Source of the DNA: Vermamoeba vermiformis
Lineage: Eukaryota
Direction of reading: 5' to 3'
Length of the DNA stretch: 64,000 bases
NCBI GenBank assembly: GCA_045837725.1
Contig: JBEWZL010000213.1
Span: 62,001 to 126,000 of the forward strand
Shown: one piece after another, positions 52,820 through 64,000 of the stretch
Layout: every line of letters starts with the position of its first letter
Position numbering within the stretch: the stretch's first letter is position 1
Notes under the pieces: generated by a model
What the model was told of the DNA's origin: nothing
Database searches by the model: none
Seen by the model: only the letters and a program-made list of their open reading frames with translations
Made by a program: the position numbers and the translations under genes

Positions 52820-54512
52820 ATGTCGTACGGACTACATCCCAAAAAACAGACGTAAGTTTGGTTACCTGCCTGTATATTAATAATATTTATTTGAGCATTA
52901 TATTGGGAATTGAACTTTTTAAAAACGACCGATTTAATAATGATTATGGCGTTTTTAAAAAAGTAAAATTGGACTAGACTTATTAGGTAATCTATAATTT
53001 AATTTTCTATTAATTTATAAAATTAGATCGAAAAGGAAACGAAGTGAAGAACCAAAACAGAAATATTCGAAGAAACAAAAACGGGATGTCGATCTGTCCA
53101 TTTTTGCCCAACTTCCACCAGAGCTATTCACCTACTTCATAGTGCCGCACATACCTAGAGACTTCTTATATGTGTCCAAGGAGTTTTCCACGATAGCCCT
53201 CAAGAACTTGCACTTGGATCCGCGTGTCAAACTTGATCGTCCAACTTTTATCTCGGTTATTTCCAGCCACAACCGGAAAGCCTTCAAAATGCATTTAAAA
53301 CACGGAAGATTAAGTCAAGATGATATCATTTGTGGATTTAACGCAGCAAAAGACGAAAAAAATTACTCGGTAGTCAAATACTTGGTAAATAATGATCACC
53401 TCAATTTGATGGTCTCAAAAGATCATACTTATTTGGAACGTGTGGTCATATTTGCAACACAAGCGGGCGATTTAAAGCTTTTGAAGTATTTGCTGAAGAA
53501 AATTGATCGACCAAATGTGACAGCGATGATTCTACAGAATTTAGTATTAGATCTGGACGTGGTTAAAATCGCTCTACGATATGGCATGCCATCACCGAGT
53601 GCTGATTATACGCATATATTTATCTCACTGGCGGAGAGAGGAGAAGTTGATTACGTTCGACGGCTTTTAGAAGATCCAAATTTCAGTATTAGCGCCGATA
53701 CTATCTACACAACATTCAGAAATGTTATATACTTTGGCCATAAAGAAGTAATGAAGCTATTGGCTCCGCATCTAAAAGTAAATCCAGCGGATTCATCGTT
53801 CTTGGAGGCGGCTATCAGGCTCGACCGTCCCAAAACTCTCAAAAGGCTGCTTAAACTTGGCGTACTTGATCCTATGGCCAATGGTGCGAATGCTCTACGA
53901 GAAGCACTCATATCAAGCTCTGGCTCACCGAACCAGTCGCGAATGGTCAAGATCCTCTTAGCAGATTCGAGAATGGATTTGTCGCGCGTTCCAGCAGCGC
54001 TGATGTGGGCACATTTGTGTAGAGATCCGCGTGTGTTTGAATTATTATTACAGCAGCCACATATCAATCCACTTTGTCGAGATCCAGATTCAGATCCGAT
54101 GACACTTGACGCAAAAGGCTTCTTTACGATACCAGTGATACAAGGTGGCCTATTGGATTATGTACCCCCGCCAGTACCAGAAGACCAAAAAGATCCCACG
54201 ATAATCGACATTATGCTCAAAGGATTTGGATTTAACCAAGATCTGCTATTTTTGGTGCTGAACCATCCTCGCGTCAATTTCGATTATTACGCTGGCTATA
54301 CTATTTTAAGGGCACTACAATCCAAAAGGTTTCAAGTTGCAGAAGCTATTCTCAACGATGCTCGAGTCCACGTTATTGACAGAAAAATTCGTAGAGCTGC
54401 GCTAGACTGCGCCAAAGAGAATTCACTGAAAGAGATTGCTGCAAAGATTAGAACTCTAAAAAAGGCAAAACTTGACTTTAAATGCACCAATGAGGCTCTT
54501 CAAAGCGAATAA
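52820..54512 (+). CDS. F-box-like + ankyrin-repeat protein with basic NLS-like N-terminus
   Basis: Exon 1 MSYGLHPKKQT splices in frame to SKRKR...FAQLPPELFTYFI (F-box-like). Repeats LLEDPN, LLADSRMD, LLQQPHINP and ILNDARV. Confidence 0.75.
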
Positions 54513-56574
54513 ACGACATTCAACTCCGAACAGAGCTCGGTGAGTGTCATTGTTGTGAGGACCTTACCATCGTTAGCATATTTGCAGATTGGTTCTAAGA
54601 CTGCTAGATTTGTCAGAGGTGCCAAGAACATTCAATTTGCAGACGTAAAGAAGCAGTATTATCTTCCTATAGGCTTGGTAATAGATGACAACAGCAACGT
54701 TCGGTGAATTTTTTGCTTCGCGATTTTTTAGCTAGAGATGTTCCACCTCGAAGTATTAGAAGCACATAGGAATAGCAGTCATTCATTCGCGCAATGATTA
54801 TAATACAATTGCAAACTGTTTGGTTAGGCAAATTGATCTGAATAACCGCCAACTTTGCAAAGATCCCTGGTAAGAAACCAGCTTTAAAACAGAACAACCA
54901 GAACAGTTACCACTCACAACGTCGCTTAGTTGCTAGTAGAGCACCATTGAAAGCAAGGGGCATTCAGTTCGGACAAAAAACACCAGCTAGATCTACGACT
55001 GCAAATGAACACAGTTGGTACGAAAAACTTGTTCAGCCAGCCTATTATCTAACTATAATATAGGTATCGACAAGCATATCGAGGACTTTTACAATAGCTT
55101 GAGAATTCGTTACCCGAACCAGATCACATCCACGCACGAAAACAATTCGACCGATCTGCAGCATATTTATGGCAGAGAAAATGCCCAGCAGCAGTTATTG
55201 GATGCTTTGCAACACAACTACGTTAATATTAATAGTCCTCATCAGCACGAACACAAAATTTGCACCGCGCTTGGATTTTACGGTCTTGGCAAAACAGCCG
55301 TTGGAACTGAAGTCGCGAGCCAATTAATATTTAATAATAGACCCGTGAAGCATGCTATAGTTGACTTTGAATCTATGGTCGATGGTATTGACTCGCAGCA
55401 TCTAGTTGATTACAACACGTTCTCGACTCATTTGTCAATGCGGGTCCTGTCCCGGCTAATTACTGGTAAAATTTACAGGCATGTCATTAGCAACTCCGAC
55501 TCCTTTGACTTCCTGGTAAAGGATCTCAAAGACAATATTCTTGATTTGAATACGATCTTACGCTTCTACGGTGAAAAAGGTAATTGTTTATTTAATTTTG
55601 TTTCGGTTACTGAAATTTCGCAGAAAACGTTGCTGCGTTCGTGATCCAGTTCGACAAGCTTAATCACTTGACTATGCAAGCCCGGCAATATCTATTAGAA
55701 TATATTGGCAATGCTTTTTCGCCTCAGAACGGCCAACCGGTGCTATTCTTGCCACTTATCACCGGATCTTCGTGCTTGTTCGAGCGCGTAGTGGATCGCT
55801 CGCCTTTCGCCCATGAAAAACTGCTTCTGAATGCCATTCCTCAACAATCAATAGAAGAAATGGTTACTACGCGTACGACGTTAGACGAAGCATTGGTGAC
55901 CAGAGTGAAGGGCTCGTTCAAATTTCAAATGCTGGCCAAAACGACTTTGGGAGTGCCTCGTATTGTTAGGTAATGCACACGATATAATGAATTTCTGAGT
56001 ATTAAGTTATAATACTTCACAGACGACTAGCTGAAGCAATGGCAAAAGGAGATCTCGTTAAAATTCAGGACTTCAAGGAATTGATCGCAAATATTTCTTC
56101 CGAATTCGTTAACGGAGCTGGCAGAATGTACAGCGTAAGCATTTCAACAGGCAAGTGTAGTGAATCTAACTATTTGTAAGATTTCCCAATGGACAAATTG
56201 GTATCCTGGCGAAAACTCCGTTTTAAAGTTACTCGCTCTGATTTTGCGTGGAGAAATCTGTTTAACAGGCCATATTAACGAAACTGACGTTAGCGTCACG
56301 GTCAGATTACCAGGTACAATCTCATCTTGTGCTAATCTACCCGAATTTATACTAATTTTGTCATTACGCCGCAGGAATTCCAAACGAAATGAAGGGCTTG
56401 CCAGGTACCCAACTTTCACTAATTTTGATAATTTCTCACTAATATTAAGGTTTGTCCGAAATTAAAATGTTGTATGACTCGGGATACTTCCACGTTGCAA
56501 ATAGCCTGCTGGATCGTCAACAAATTGCATTTCCTTATGCACTCCTATCAGCACTCTGCCGAGCATTACATATA

Positions 56575-56762
56575 TGTAAAGATAAGACTATTATTTGATA
56601 ATAAAGAGAGAATGATTTATTTACGGGTTTACAAGTGTATTTATATTTATCGTGGGGAAGATCCCACGATTCACAGAATTAGGTACGCTCGTGCGTACCA
56701 TGGCATCAGCGTGCGTACCAGGGATGCACGCTGATACCAATATTACGAGCAAGCTCGTTACA
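56575..56762 (-). repeat. 3' LTR
   Basis: Identical to 62005-62192. Preceded on the minus strand by the PPT AAGAAGGAAAGAA (56763-56775). Confidence 0.97.
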
Positions 56763-56817
56763 TTCTTTCCTTCTTAATTATTTGTTGCGGGTGTTTGTAT
56801 ATTAAAATAAACGTTAT

Positions 56818-59800
56818 TTAAATTTTACTAGTGAGGAATTTCTCTCGATCGATAGCAAATTGTAAATCAAAGTGATCAACGGATTCTTGTAAGAATTGAA
56901 GGATCCGTTCGCGAGATTGAAGATCTTGTTTGATTTTCCTTTCGTAATTTCGGGTACTTTGAGAGCTTACGATGTAGGGTGAGCCATGACCAAGCAATGA
57001 TAGCAATGATTCGTGCATTTGCGAAACTGTGAGATTCTTCGCGCGGATCGTCGCGAGTAAATCCAGCAGATTTGAACGAAGTTGATTAAAAATAGCATTT
57101 CGATCTTTTGAGCGATTTGAGCGAGATTTAAATCTTGGTGCGGACCCATCTTCATCTTCATTCGAATTCTCCTGCTTCTCTAGGCGAGGTTTTGAAATTT
57201 TCTGAACGTGATCTGAGCTTTGATCTCGCGCTCTTTCCTTCTTAATTGAGACTTCACTAGGGGGCGGTAATTCAATCAATTCTGAGCGTCTTTGATGAGC
57301 TTTGGATAGTTTCGAAGCGTTGACGTAAGATTCTTTGCCAGATTTCGGATCTTTGATCGCGTAGAGCAGGTTGTTGATTTTCTTCGTGATAATGTAAGGG
57401 CCATTTCTTCGTTTTTGGAATTTTTCTGGAATGCCAGGCTCAGGTACGCTGATCTCCATATAGACTTCTTCGTTCTCGTCGAAGGTAATGTCGGATCGCT
57501 TCTTATTATAATTGCGTTCTTGTCTCTCGGTTGCTTTTTCACTATTGATATCGCGTTGAGTATAAATTTCGTCAAATCGGCGTAATAATTCTCGTGCGAA
57601 TTCCTGGATTGATTCTGGATCTCCATATTCTTTGCGGAACATGTCGACGTTGTAGGGCATTTTCAGGAAACGGCCAAACATGAGTTCTGAAGGTGCAAAA
57701 CCAGTGCTTGATTGAACGACGTTCTGATAAGCCAAAATAACGGGTCGTAGATGTAGATCCCAATCGTCGGCCTCAGAATTGATGTAATTTTTCAACATTT
57801 CAATCAGTGTTTGATTGAATTTTTCAGCAAGTCCATCCGTTTGAGGGTGATAAGCAGAAGTGTTGACTTTCTTAACGCCAAGGACTTGATTGACGTGAGC
57901 GATGAGTTCTGACATGAAGTTCTTGCCTCGATCCGTCAAAAGTACGTCAGGAGCACCATAGCGGCAGATAATTTCGTTGACGAAAACATTAGCGATTGTT
58001 TCTGCTGATGCATCGGGAATAGCAAAGGCTTCTACGTATTTTGTATAGTAATCAATGATGACCAAGATCCATTGATTTCCGCGAGGAGTTGGAGCGAACT
58101 GTCCCATCAAATCCATGCCAAGAATATTCCAGGGATAACGCGGTGTAATTGTCTGCATTTTTCCAGGCTTTAATTGACGTTGGATCTTTCGTTTACTGCA
58201 TTTCGTGCACGATTTGACCCAGTTGGTGACATCGCGAGACATGCCATTCCAAAAATAGCGCTGCATGACTCGAGCATAAGTCTTTCCAATACCAAGGTGT
58301 CCTCCTGAGAAAGGCGAGTCGTGGCAGATTCGCAAGATCTCTGGTCGTAATTTCATCGGGACAACCAGTTGTTGAACAGAGCCTTGATATTTTCGCGCGT
58401 AGGGGAACCATGTTCGATATAATAAACCGTCTTCGTCAATGAATAGGTCTTTGGTTTCAATGCGAATTCGTTCTGCTTTAATAGCGTCGGATGCGGGTAA
58501 TTCTCCATCTTCTAACCAAGGATAGTACGTCGAAAGAACAGGATCTTCGCGTTGAAGCTTGGCAATTTCACTAGCAGCGAGTTCAGGCGTTGGAATATCT
58601 TCAAGTAGATTGACAGGTGCGAGAGAAATTTCTCGTTCTGGATCAGAAACTTGAACGATTGGCGGGCGCGAGAGAGCATCAGCGTTGCCATTGGCTTTTC
58701 CAGGACGGTGAATGATGTTAAATGTGTAGTCTTGAAGCTTGAGGGACCATCGCATCAAACGGGACGTAGTCTCTTTGTTGTTCATTAACCATTGAAGTGC
58801 TCTATGATCAACTAGTGCTTGAAATTCGCGAGCGATCAAATATTGACGGAAATGTTTGCAGGCTCCAACAAGTGCGAGGCATTCCTTTTCAGTCGTTGTG
58901 TAATTTCGCTGAGCGGGATTAAGGACTTTACTCCAGTAAGCAATGACAACTTCTCGACCATCTCGATATTGCTGCAATACTGCGCCAATACCAACGTCAC
59001 TAGCATCAGTACATAGAATGAAAGGTTGATCGAAGTCGGGAAATTGCAAGATCGGATCAGATGTCAATATTTTCTTCAGCTTGTTGAACGCTTTCGTATG
59101 ACGGGCAGTCCATTGAAATTTGACGTTGTTAGAAGTCATTGAAGTGAGAGGTTCTGCGATTGTCGCGTAATTATCGACGTATCTTCGATAATATCCACAA
59201 AGTCCAAGGAAAGTTCGTAATTCCGTCTTTGAAGTTGGAGGCTTAGCATTAAGGACTTTCGCAACGTTGTCTGGATGAGGAGCTGTTCCTTCGCGAGATA
59301 CTTTGTGACCCAAAAATAGAATTTCTCCGCAGAAAAATTGAGATTTCTTCTTGTGGATCTTGATATTCGCGTTGCGAAGACGTTCGAAGACAGTTTCGAC
59401 GTGTTGAAGGTGTTCTTCAAAGGATTTCGAGAAGATAATGATATCATCAATGTAGACCAAGCAGATCTCGAGCAACAAGCCAGTCATGAGCAGATCCATC
59501 ATTCGCCGGAACGTAGCGGGAGCGTTTGTTAATCCAAAAGGCATTCGATGGAACTCAAACAGTCCCATATGAGTAATAAACGCGGTCTTCTTGCGATCTT
59601 TCTTGTTAACTCGGACTTGCCAATATCCTTTTCTGGCGTCAAGTGTTGTGAACCAGATCTTGCCAGATAGTGCGTCGAGCGAATCTCCAATGTGAGGCAG
59701 AGGGTAGGCATCCTTCTTAGTGATCTTATTAAGGCCTCTGTAGTCGATACAGAAACGCCAGTTGTCTTTGTCTTTGCGAACCAAATGAACGGGAGCACCC

Positions 59801-60912
59801 CACGCTGACGTAGAGCGTTCGATGACGTGATCTCGGAGCATTGCTTCAATCTCTTTGCGAATCACTTCTTTCTGCTGTGGCGTAGTGCGACGGAGCTTCT
59901 CACGAATTGGTTGAACTTCGTCTTTGTTAATGAGCGGAATTTTCAGTTCGACTTCAGAAGTGGCTGTGAAATTCGGACCAATTCCTTCTTCTAGTATGTC
60001 TTTGTAGCGATAGATGAGGTCCTTGACTTGATGTAATTGATCAGCGGAGCAAGCGGAAGCGGAAAAATCCATGTCACGGAAAAATTCTTCCGTATCAACA
60101 GTCGAAGCGTTAATGACATTTATAGACGATGCCTGAGCAGCTAACGAGTCATATACAACAGTCTCTTGGAACGGAGTCAAAACGCCAATAAGAGTACCAG
60201 CGCGAATAGTTTGAACTCCACGAGTCATATTGATGAGATCGATAGGCATGACACCATTGCGAGAGGCAGTGAGAATACGACCAACGGTAATTCCACCAGT
60301 GGCGTTCTGCTTCTTATTGGGCTCCAGTAGACCAGACAGGGAGCCATGTTCGAAAATGACGTTGACAGCAGCTCTAGTCTTCGGATCCAGAGTGATATCT
60401 TCGTCGGCATAAACTTTGAAGTGCTTCGTAGTTTTGCGCGGGACAGTGATGAACTTGACTTCAGTGAGTTCGGGATCGGAAAGTTGGTGCTTAGCACGGT
60501 CCAATGTGAAGGCATATTTGATGAGAAAATCGTCACCAATGATGGCTTGGTACTTTCCATCGAGATCGGGGCTGATCATAACTTGGTGGTTGTAGATTAA
60601 CGGTCCAAGTTTGAGATCCACTGAAATTTCGCCGATGATGCGAACGACAGCGTCGTTAAGAGTGCTTGCACCAGCGATAGTTCGTTGAATAGGGGGTTTG
60701 GTAGTGAGGGCGTTGTACGTATCAGTGCCAATCAATGTATAACTACTTCCGCTGTCAACGAGAGCAGTCACCTCGAGGTCATTGATTTTCAGCGCTACGC
60801 GGGGCAGAGGTTGGCGTTGGGTTGATTTAATGGTCGCTTTGCGTTCTCTCTTAGGCTCTTGCTTCTGCGCGACAACAGGAGAGCCTGTCTTATTGTCGCT
60901 TAGAAGTTTTCC
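56818..60912 (-). CDS. pol: Pol polyprotein (protease, RT, RNase H, integrase), reached by a -1 frameshift
   Basis: LVDSGS, YIDD, TDASD, HHCC (CHDS..GHLG..CTKC) and the DDE core (MDLMG, TDRG, AEKFN). The frame is open upstream to the slippery site at 60906-60912. Confidence 0.95.
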   Translation of the reverse strand, partial: GKLLSDNKTGSPVVAQKQEPKRERKATIKSTQRQPLPRVALKINDLEVTALVDSGSSYTLIGTDTYNALTTKPPIQRTIAGASTLNDAVVRIIGEISVDLKLGPLIYNHQVMISPDLDGKYQAIIGDDFLIKYAFTLDRAKHQLSDPELTEVKFITVPRKTTKHFKVYADEDITLDPKTRAAVNVIFEHGSLSGLLEPNKKQNATGGITVGRILTASRNGVMPIDLINMTRGVQTIRAGTLIGVLTPFQETVVYDSLAAQASSINVINASTVDTEEFFRDMDFSASACSADQLHQVKDLIYRYKDILEEGIGPNFTATSEVELKIPLINKDEVQPIREKLRRTTPQQKEVIRKEIEAMLRDHVIERSTSAWGAPVHLVRKDKDNWRFCIDYRGLNKITKKDAYPLPHIGDSLDALSGKIWFTTLDARKGYWQVRVNKKDRKKTAFITHMGLFEFHRMPFGLTNAPATFRRMMDLLMTGLLLEICLVYIDDIIIFSKSFEEHLQHVETVFERLRNANIKIHKKKSQFFCGEILFLGHKVSREGTAPHPDNVAKVLNAKPPTSKTELRTFLGLCGYYRRYVDNYATIAEPLTSMTSNNVKFQWTARHTKAFNKLKKILTSDPILQFPDFDQPFILCTDASDVGIGAVLQQYRDGREVVIAYWSKVLNPAQRNYTTTEKECLALVGACKHFRQYLIAREFQALVDHRALQWLMNNKETTSRLMRWSLKLQDYTFNIIHRPGKANGNADALSRPPIVQVSDPEREISLAPVNLLEDIPTPELAASEIAKLQREDPVLSTYYPWLEDGELPASDAIKAERIRIETKDLFIDEDGLLYRTWFPYARKYQGSVQQLVVPMKLRPEILRICHDSPFSGGHLGIGKTYARVMQRYFWNGMSRDVTNWVKSCTKCSKRKIQRQLKPGKMQTITPRYPWNILGMDLMGQFAPTPRGNQWILVIIDYYTKYVEAFAIPDASAETIANVFVNEIICRYGAPDVLLTDRGKNFMSELIAHVNQVLGVKKVNTSAYHPQTDGLAEKFNQTLIEMLKNYINSEADDWDLHLRPVILAYQNVVQSSTGFAPSELMFGRFLKMPYNVDMFRKEYGDPESIQEFARELLRRFDEIYTQRDINSEKATERQERNYNKKRSDITFDENEEVYMEISVPEPGIPEKFQKRRNGPYIITKKINNLLYAIKDPKSGKESYVNASKLSKAHQRRSELIELPPPSEVSIKKERARDQSSDHVQKISKPRLEKQENSNEDEDGSAPRFKSRSNRSKDRNAIFNQLRSNLLDLLATIRAKNLTVSQMHESLLSLLGHGSPYIVSSQSTRNYERKIKQDLQSRERILQFLQESVDHFDLQFAIDREKFLTSKI

Positions 60913-61980
60913 TGGTCTTCGATGTCCATCTCTTCGTCGCAGTCAGGGGCGGCGTCTACAACGTTGAGGTTGTTCTTGAACTTCGAAGGAGTTTGAGGGT
61001 CTCGGCCTTGAGTCTTTGGGCGGTATGGCGTGTTCGGGGCATTGTACGTAGGAGTGCGTGAAGGAGTGCGATGAGGGGTCGAAGGAGTACGTTGCTGATT
61101 GGTGTTGTTCTGCACAGGAGTCGAAGGAGCTTGGTGTTGTCTTTGGGGTGAAGAGGGCTGTTCATCGTATTGAGATTGACCACGATTGTTGTTGTTGCTG
61201 AAGTAGCGGGATGGAGTAGATTGACCACTCTTCGGACCATGGTTTTGACCGTGTGACTTCTTCTTGCCTTGATCAGGGTTGCTCTTTTGCTTCGGTTTCT
61301 CGTTCTCGGTGACAGTGACAGTGCGCTGAGTTGGTTTGTTGAACACAGATTGCGAGTCTTGTTGAATTCGATACGCGTGAAGAGCCAGATCCGTGAGGTT
61401 CTGAATTTCGCCATATTTACCAATGAGATGACGGGTAATGTTCTTGTGGAGGCCTTGTTTCGCCATGTCCAGCGTCACTTCGTCATCGTTGAGACCGGCA
61501 AGGTAGCGGAGGGTCTCAAAGCGGTAAAAATAACTGACGATCCGTTCGTTGGGGCGTTGAGTAATCTCACTGAGCATTCTGAAAGCAGTGCTACGATCAT
61601 AGTCTTCACAAACAAGATCCATAACGATCTTACGAATCTTTTCGGGTGTATCAGCATCAGCGTCGTCGTTTGCGATCAGCACAGCAGCGTATCCAGGCGG
61701 CAATTTCAAAATCATGGCACAGCAGAAATCTTCCATGAGCCATTTCTCCTTGCGAGCCAAATAACAAACAGTATCAAACCATTCATCAACTTGAAGAACG
61801 TTGGGAATTCCTTCGGCAGATCGAGATTCGGTTGGAAAATCGGGAACGTTTTGAAGCTTGAGATCGCTCTTTCTGACAAGGGGGCTCTTCTCCTTCTTGC
61901 TGGGCTTGAGGCTGAGGTGGAACAAATATAACGGGGCGATTAGCCTTGCGGATCGGCGTACGAAAGATCCGTTGAGCCAT
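60900..61980 (-). CDS. gag: Gag (ATG at 61980; needs a +1 shift near 61880 to enter the main gag frame)
   Basis: Retrotrans_gag-like QRPNERIVSYFYRF..AKQGL. The first ATG after the PBS is in a different frame from the gag body. Confidence 0.75.
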
Positions 61981-61989
61981 AAAATTTTT

Positions 61990-62002
61990 GGGATCGGAAC
62001 CA
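61990..62002 (-). promoter_or_regulatory. Primer-binding site (TGGTTCCGATCCC), likely complementary to a tRNA-Glu 3' end
   Basis: Begins with TGG 2 nt inside the 5' LTR. Its complement ...ATCGGA-A-CCA resembles tRNA-Glu acceptor ends; the tRNA identity is inferred. Confidence 0.7.
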
Positions 62003-62004
62003 AA

Positions 62005-62192
62005 TGTAAAGATAAGACTATTATTTGATAATAAAGAGAGAATGATTTATTTACGGGTTTACAAGTGTATTTATATTTATCGTGGGGAAGATCCCACGAT
62101 TCACAGAATTAGGTACGCTCGTGCGTACCATGGCATCAGCGTGCGTACCAGGGATGCACGCTGATACCAATATTACGAGCAAGCTCGTTACA
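62005..62192 (-). repeat. 5' LTR
   Basis: Identical to 56575-56762. Contains TATAAATA and AATAAA on the minus strand. Confidence 0.97.
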
Positions 62193-63074
62193 ATATACAA
62201 AGTAGATGTTTTAGGTTATTAAGACCTATCGAAGAAATTGAACGTCTGGATCTGGAAGATTTGGAGCCCTTGTTCTTGGAGCTCATAGTGAATTCATACA
62301 TCGTCATTCAACACGATCTTGTTGTGAACTTCTCCGATATTTGGCGCGGTGCAGCTGCAAACGAAAAGATTCTGCAAACCAAAGTGAAAATTCCACGTCA
62401 CTTTGACATAGTTACAAGAGACCAATTAAGACTTAACTTACTCACGAGAGCTTGCAAGAAGGACTTACTGCGAGTCAAGTGCACTGGCAAGAACGACGTT
62501 GACTTACGAACCACTTATGGCTCAGTACAAGTGTCACCATTGCACGAGTCATTTTCTATCATGACAGTGTTTGATTTGCATCTCGAAGCTTCAGTCGACG
62601 AGCCTCTTGTTGTAGTTGAGGAAAAAGGCTCGCGCAAGAGAAAAGCTGTCAGCGGTACTTTGCCGAACAAAATCGCCAAGATCAACAGACCAAAAAAATT
62701 GCTCAATATTACTAACACGAGAAGTGCGGTGGGTTCCAATGCGACCGTCAAAGCGTCAGATATTTACAAGTGGTACAACGACGTTCGGGCTTTGGAGTTT
62801 GAAAACTTTTTGACCGTGTTCTCGTACTTCACGAACAAAGACATCGAATGGGATGCGCAGACCTATAGCGAAAACAGCGAGAATGGACGCAAGATGAGCT
62901 CCTTAGAGCATGTCCAAATTTGGTGCTAATGTCACGTGCTCAACTTGCCCAGTACTTGACTCCAACTTTCGAACCCTTGTGTCGACCTGCAACGCTTGGC
63001 CAATAATCTATATTGTTTGTATCTTTGATTGTATGCAATAATAATAATAATTAATTTACATTAGCAAAATAAAA

Positions 63075-64000
63075 TTAGCGCTTCCGTGCTAACATCGGAT
63101 CTTCTTCGTCGCCTTCGACGTCATCTTCAACAACCTCGATCACACTGTTCTTGCTCTTTTGCTTCGTGTTGTCCATAGATACACTGACGTCTCCGCCCTC
63201 TTCTTTAACATCGCTGGATTTGCCCTCTTCATCATCACTGTCCGCGTCTGGGATGGCGTAATCACGCACCGTCGGTGTTGCATTGTTCCGCTCTTGTTGG
63301 TAGTTAACGTAAATGATTGTTCGTAGCATGTCCAATGCAGCACTGCGTGTCCAAGGCTTAGCAATAAATACCACCAAGACCAGGGCCAAGACAACTGCGC
63401 CCATGAACGAGAAAACCCACCACGGAAATTGTCGCGATGGGTAATCGAACAAAAAGCACAGAGCTCCAATGATCTCGGCAGCAGTGCGACCGCCATTCGG
63501 ACTATATATTCTATTGTCGACTATCAATGTTGGACTCGAAGTGATCTGAAAATGCGTAGGTAAGCAACGCGCGGATCTATCACTTGCACCAACACTTACT
63601 CGATAATTAGCTACTTGACGAGCAGACTCTTCGAGCATTGCTGATCCCTTGCCATTGTGAACGCAAGCCTAAATGTAGATTAGCAATATGAATCTTAATC
63701 AGGTAGATCCGTCGTGTGTTCTTACGGTTAAGACATCGTAATCGAGACCGTGAGTGATGGCACATGAGCGGACATTAAGAGGAATGGTGCGGTAGCTAAG
63801 ACTCATGCAGTACAAGAACGGCATGTAGACACGATAATCAGGGTACTCGCTCACCGCACATGTTTCGTACAGATCACCTTCGACTTCGGCAGATCTGGCA
63901 AAAAAAAGGTCAGCCAATTTCATTGCCAAAATAAATAAGACACAATTCAAATATGGGTAAAAAGACGGCTGTACTTTCTGCGGCAGAAAAGAAAAAAAAA
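63075..64000 (-). CDS. GILT-like (lysosomal thiol reductase) thioredoxin-fold protein with C-terminal TM; 5' end outside the window
   Basis: EVEGDLYETCA..PFLYCM..CA..GLDY..ACVHNGKGSAML..PTLIVDN, followed by a TM helix and an acidic tail. Confidence 0.6.

Larger units (their letters stand above)
56575..62192 (-). mobile_element. Full-length Ty3/Gypsy LTR retrotransposon
   Basis: Two identical 188-bp TG..CA LTRs, 5-bp TSD ATATA (56570-56574 and 62193-62197), PBS and PPT, and gag plus pol in PR-RT-RH-IN order. Confidence 0.98.
55015..62929 (+). pseudogene. Crinkler-type P-loop NTPase (+ degenerate REase-like) gene interrupted in an exon by the LTR retrotransposon; 5' end uncertain
   Basis: Walker A-like GFYGLGKT, Walker B-like VIQFDK, and LPLITG. 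Removing the element and one ATATA rejoins the frame: ...ALCRALHI-QSRCFRLLRPIEE...LEPLF (continuing as ORF 62261-62929). Confidence 0.65.

Noticed and set aside
62161-62169. TGGTATCAG in the LTR (minus strand), resembling an iMet primer-binding site
   Set aside because: It lies inside the LTR as a hairpin arm; the real PBS is at 61990-62002.

Overview
Gene-dense, intron-rich genomic DNA from a microbial eukaryote. Evidence: short GT-AG introns, standard code, and a gene content that suggests an amoebozoan-like or zoosporic protist (taxonomy not established). I can support about 23 protein-coding genes. They include an M6PR/ATG27-like receptor, DnaJA, a Zn2Cys6 TF, cathepsin B, a calmodulin-like protein, an N-CoR/SNT1-like SANT protein, EngB, PABP, GPI-type surface proteins, F-box/ankyrin/LRR proteins and Crinkler-like accessory genes. 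There is also one tRNA-Gln(UUG), a Ty3/Gypsy retrotransposon with identical LTRs inserted into an exon, and a 484-bp TIR element. Highlights: (1) a 12-exon gene (35367-39403, minus) that splices in frame into one ~1029-aa enzyme fusing a PLP aminotransferase, a CoaB/PPC-synthetase-like domain, a class II aldolase and a SAM methyltransferase; (2) an introner-like DNA transposon with an 8-bp TSD inside a coding exon, whose predicted splicing restores the frame with one K-to-R change; (3) its host gene, a Cas4/RecB-type Fe-S nuclease plus SF1B helicase carrying WWE and CUE domains; (4) sharply CpG-depleted islands over two accessory genes. All gene models and domain calls come from manual reading and motif recognition; no searches were run.
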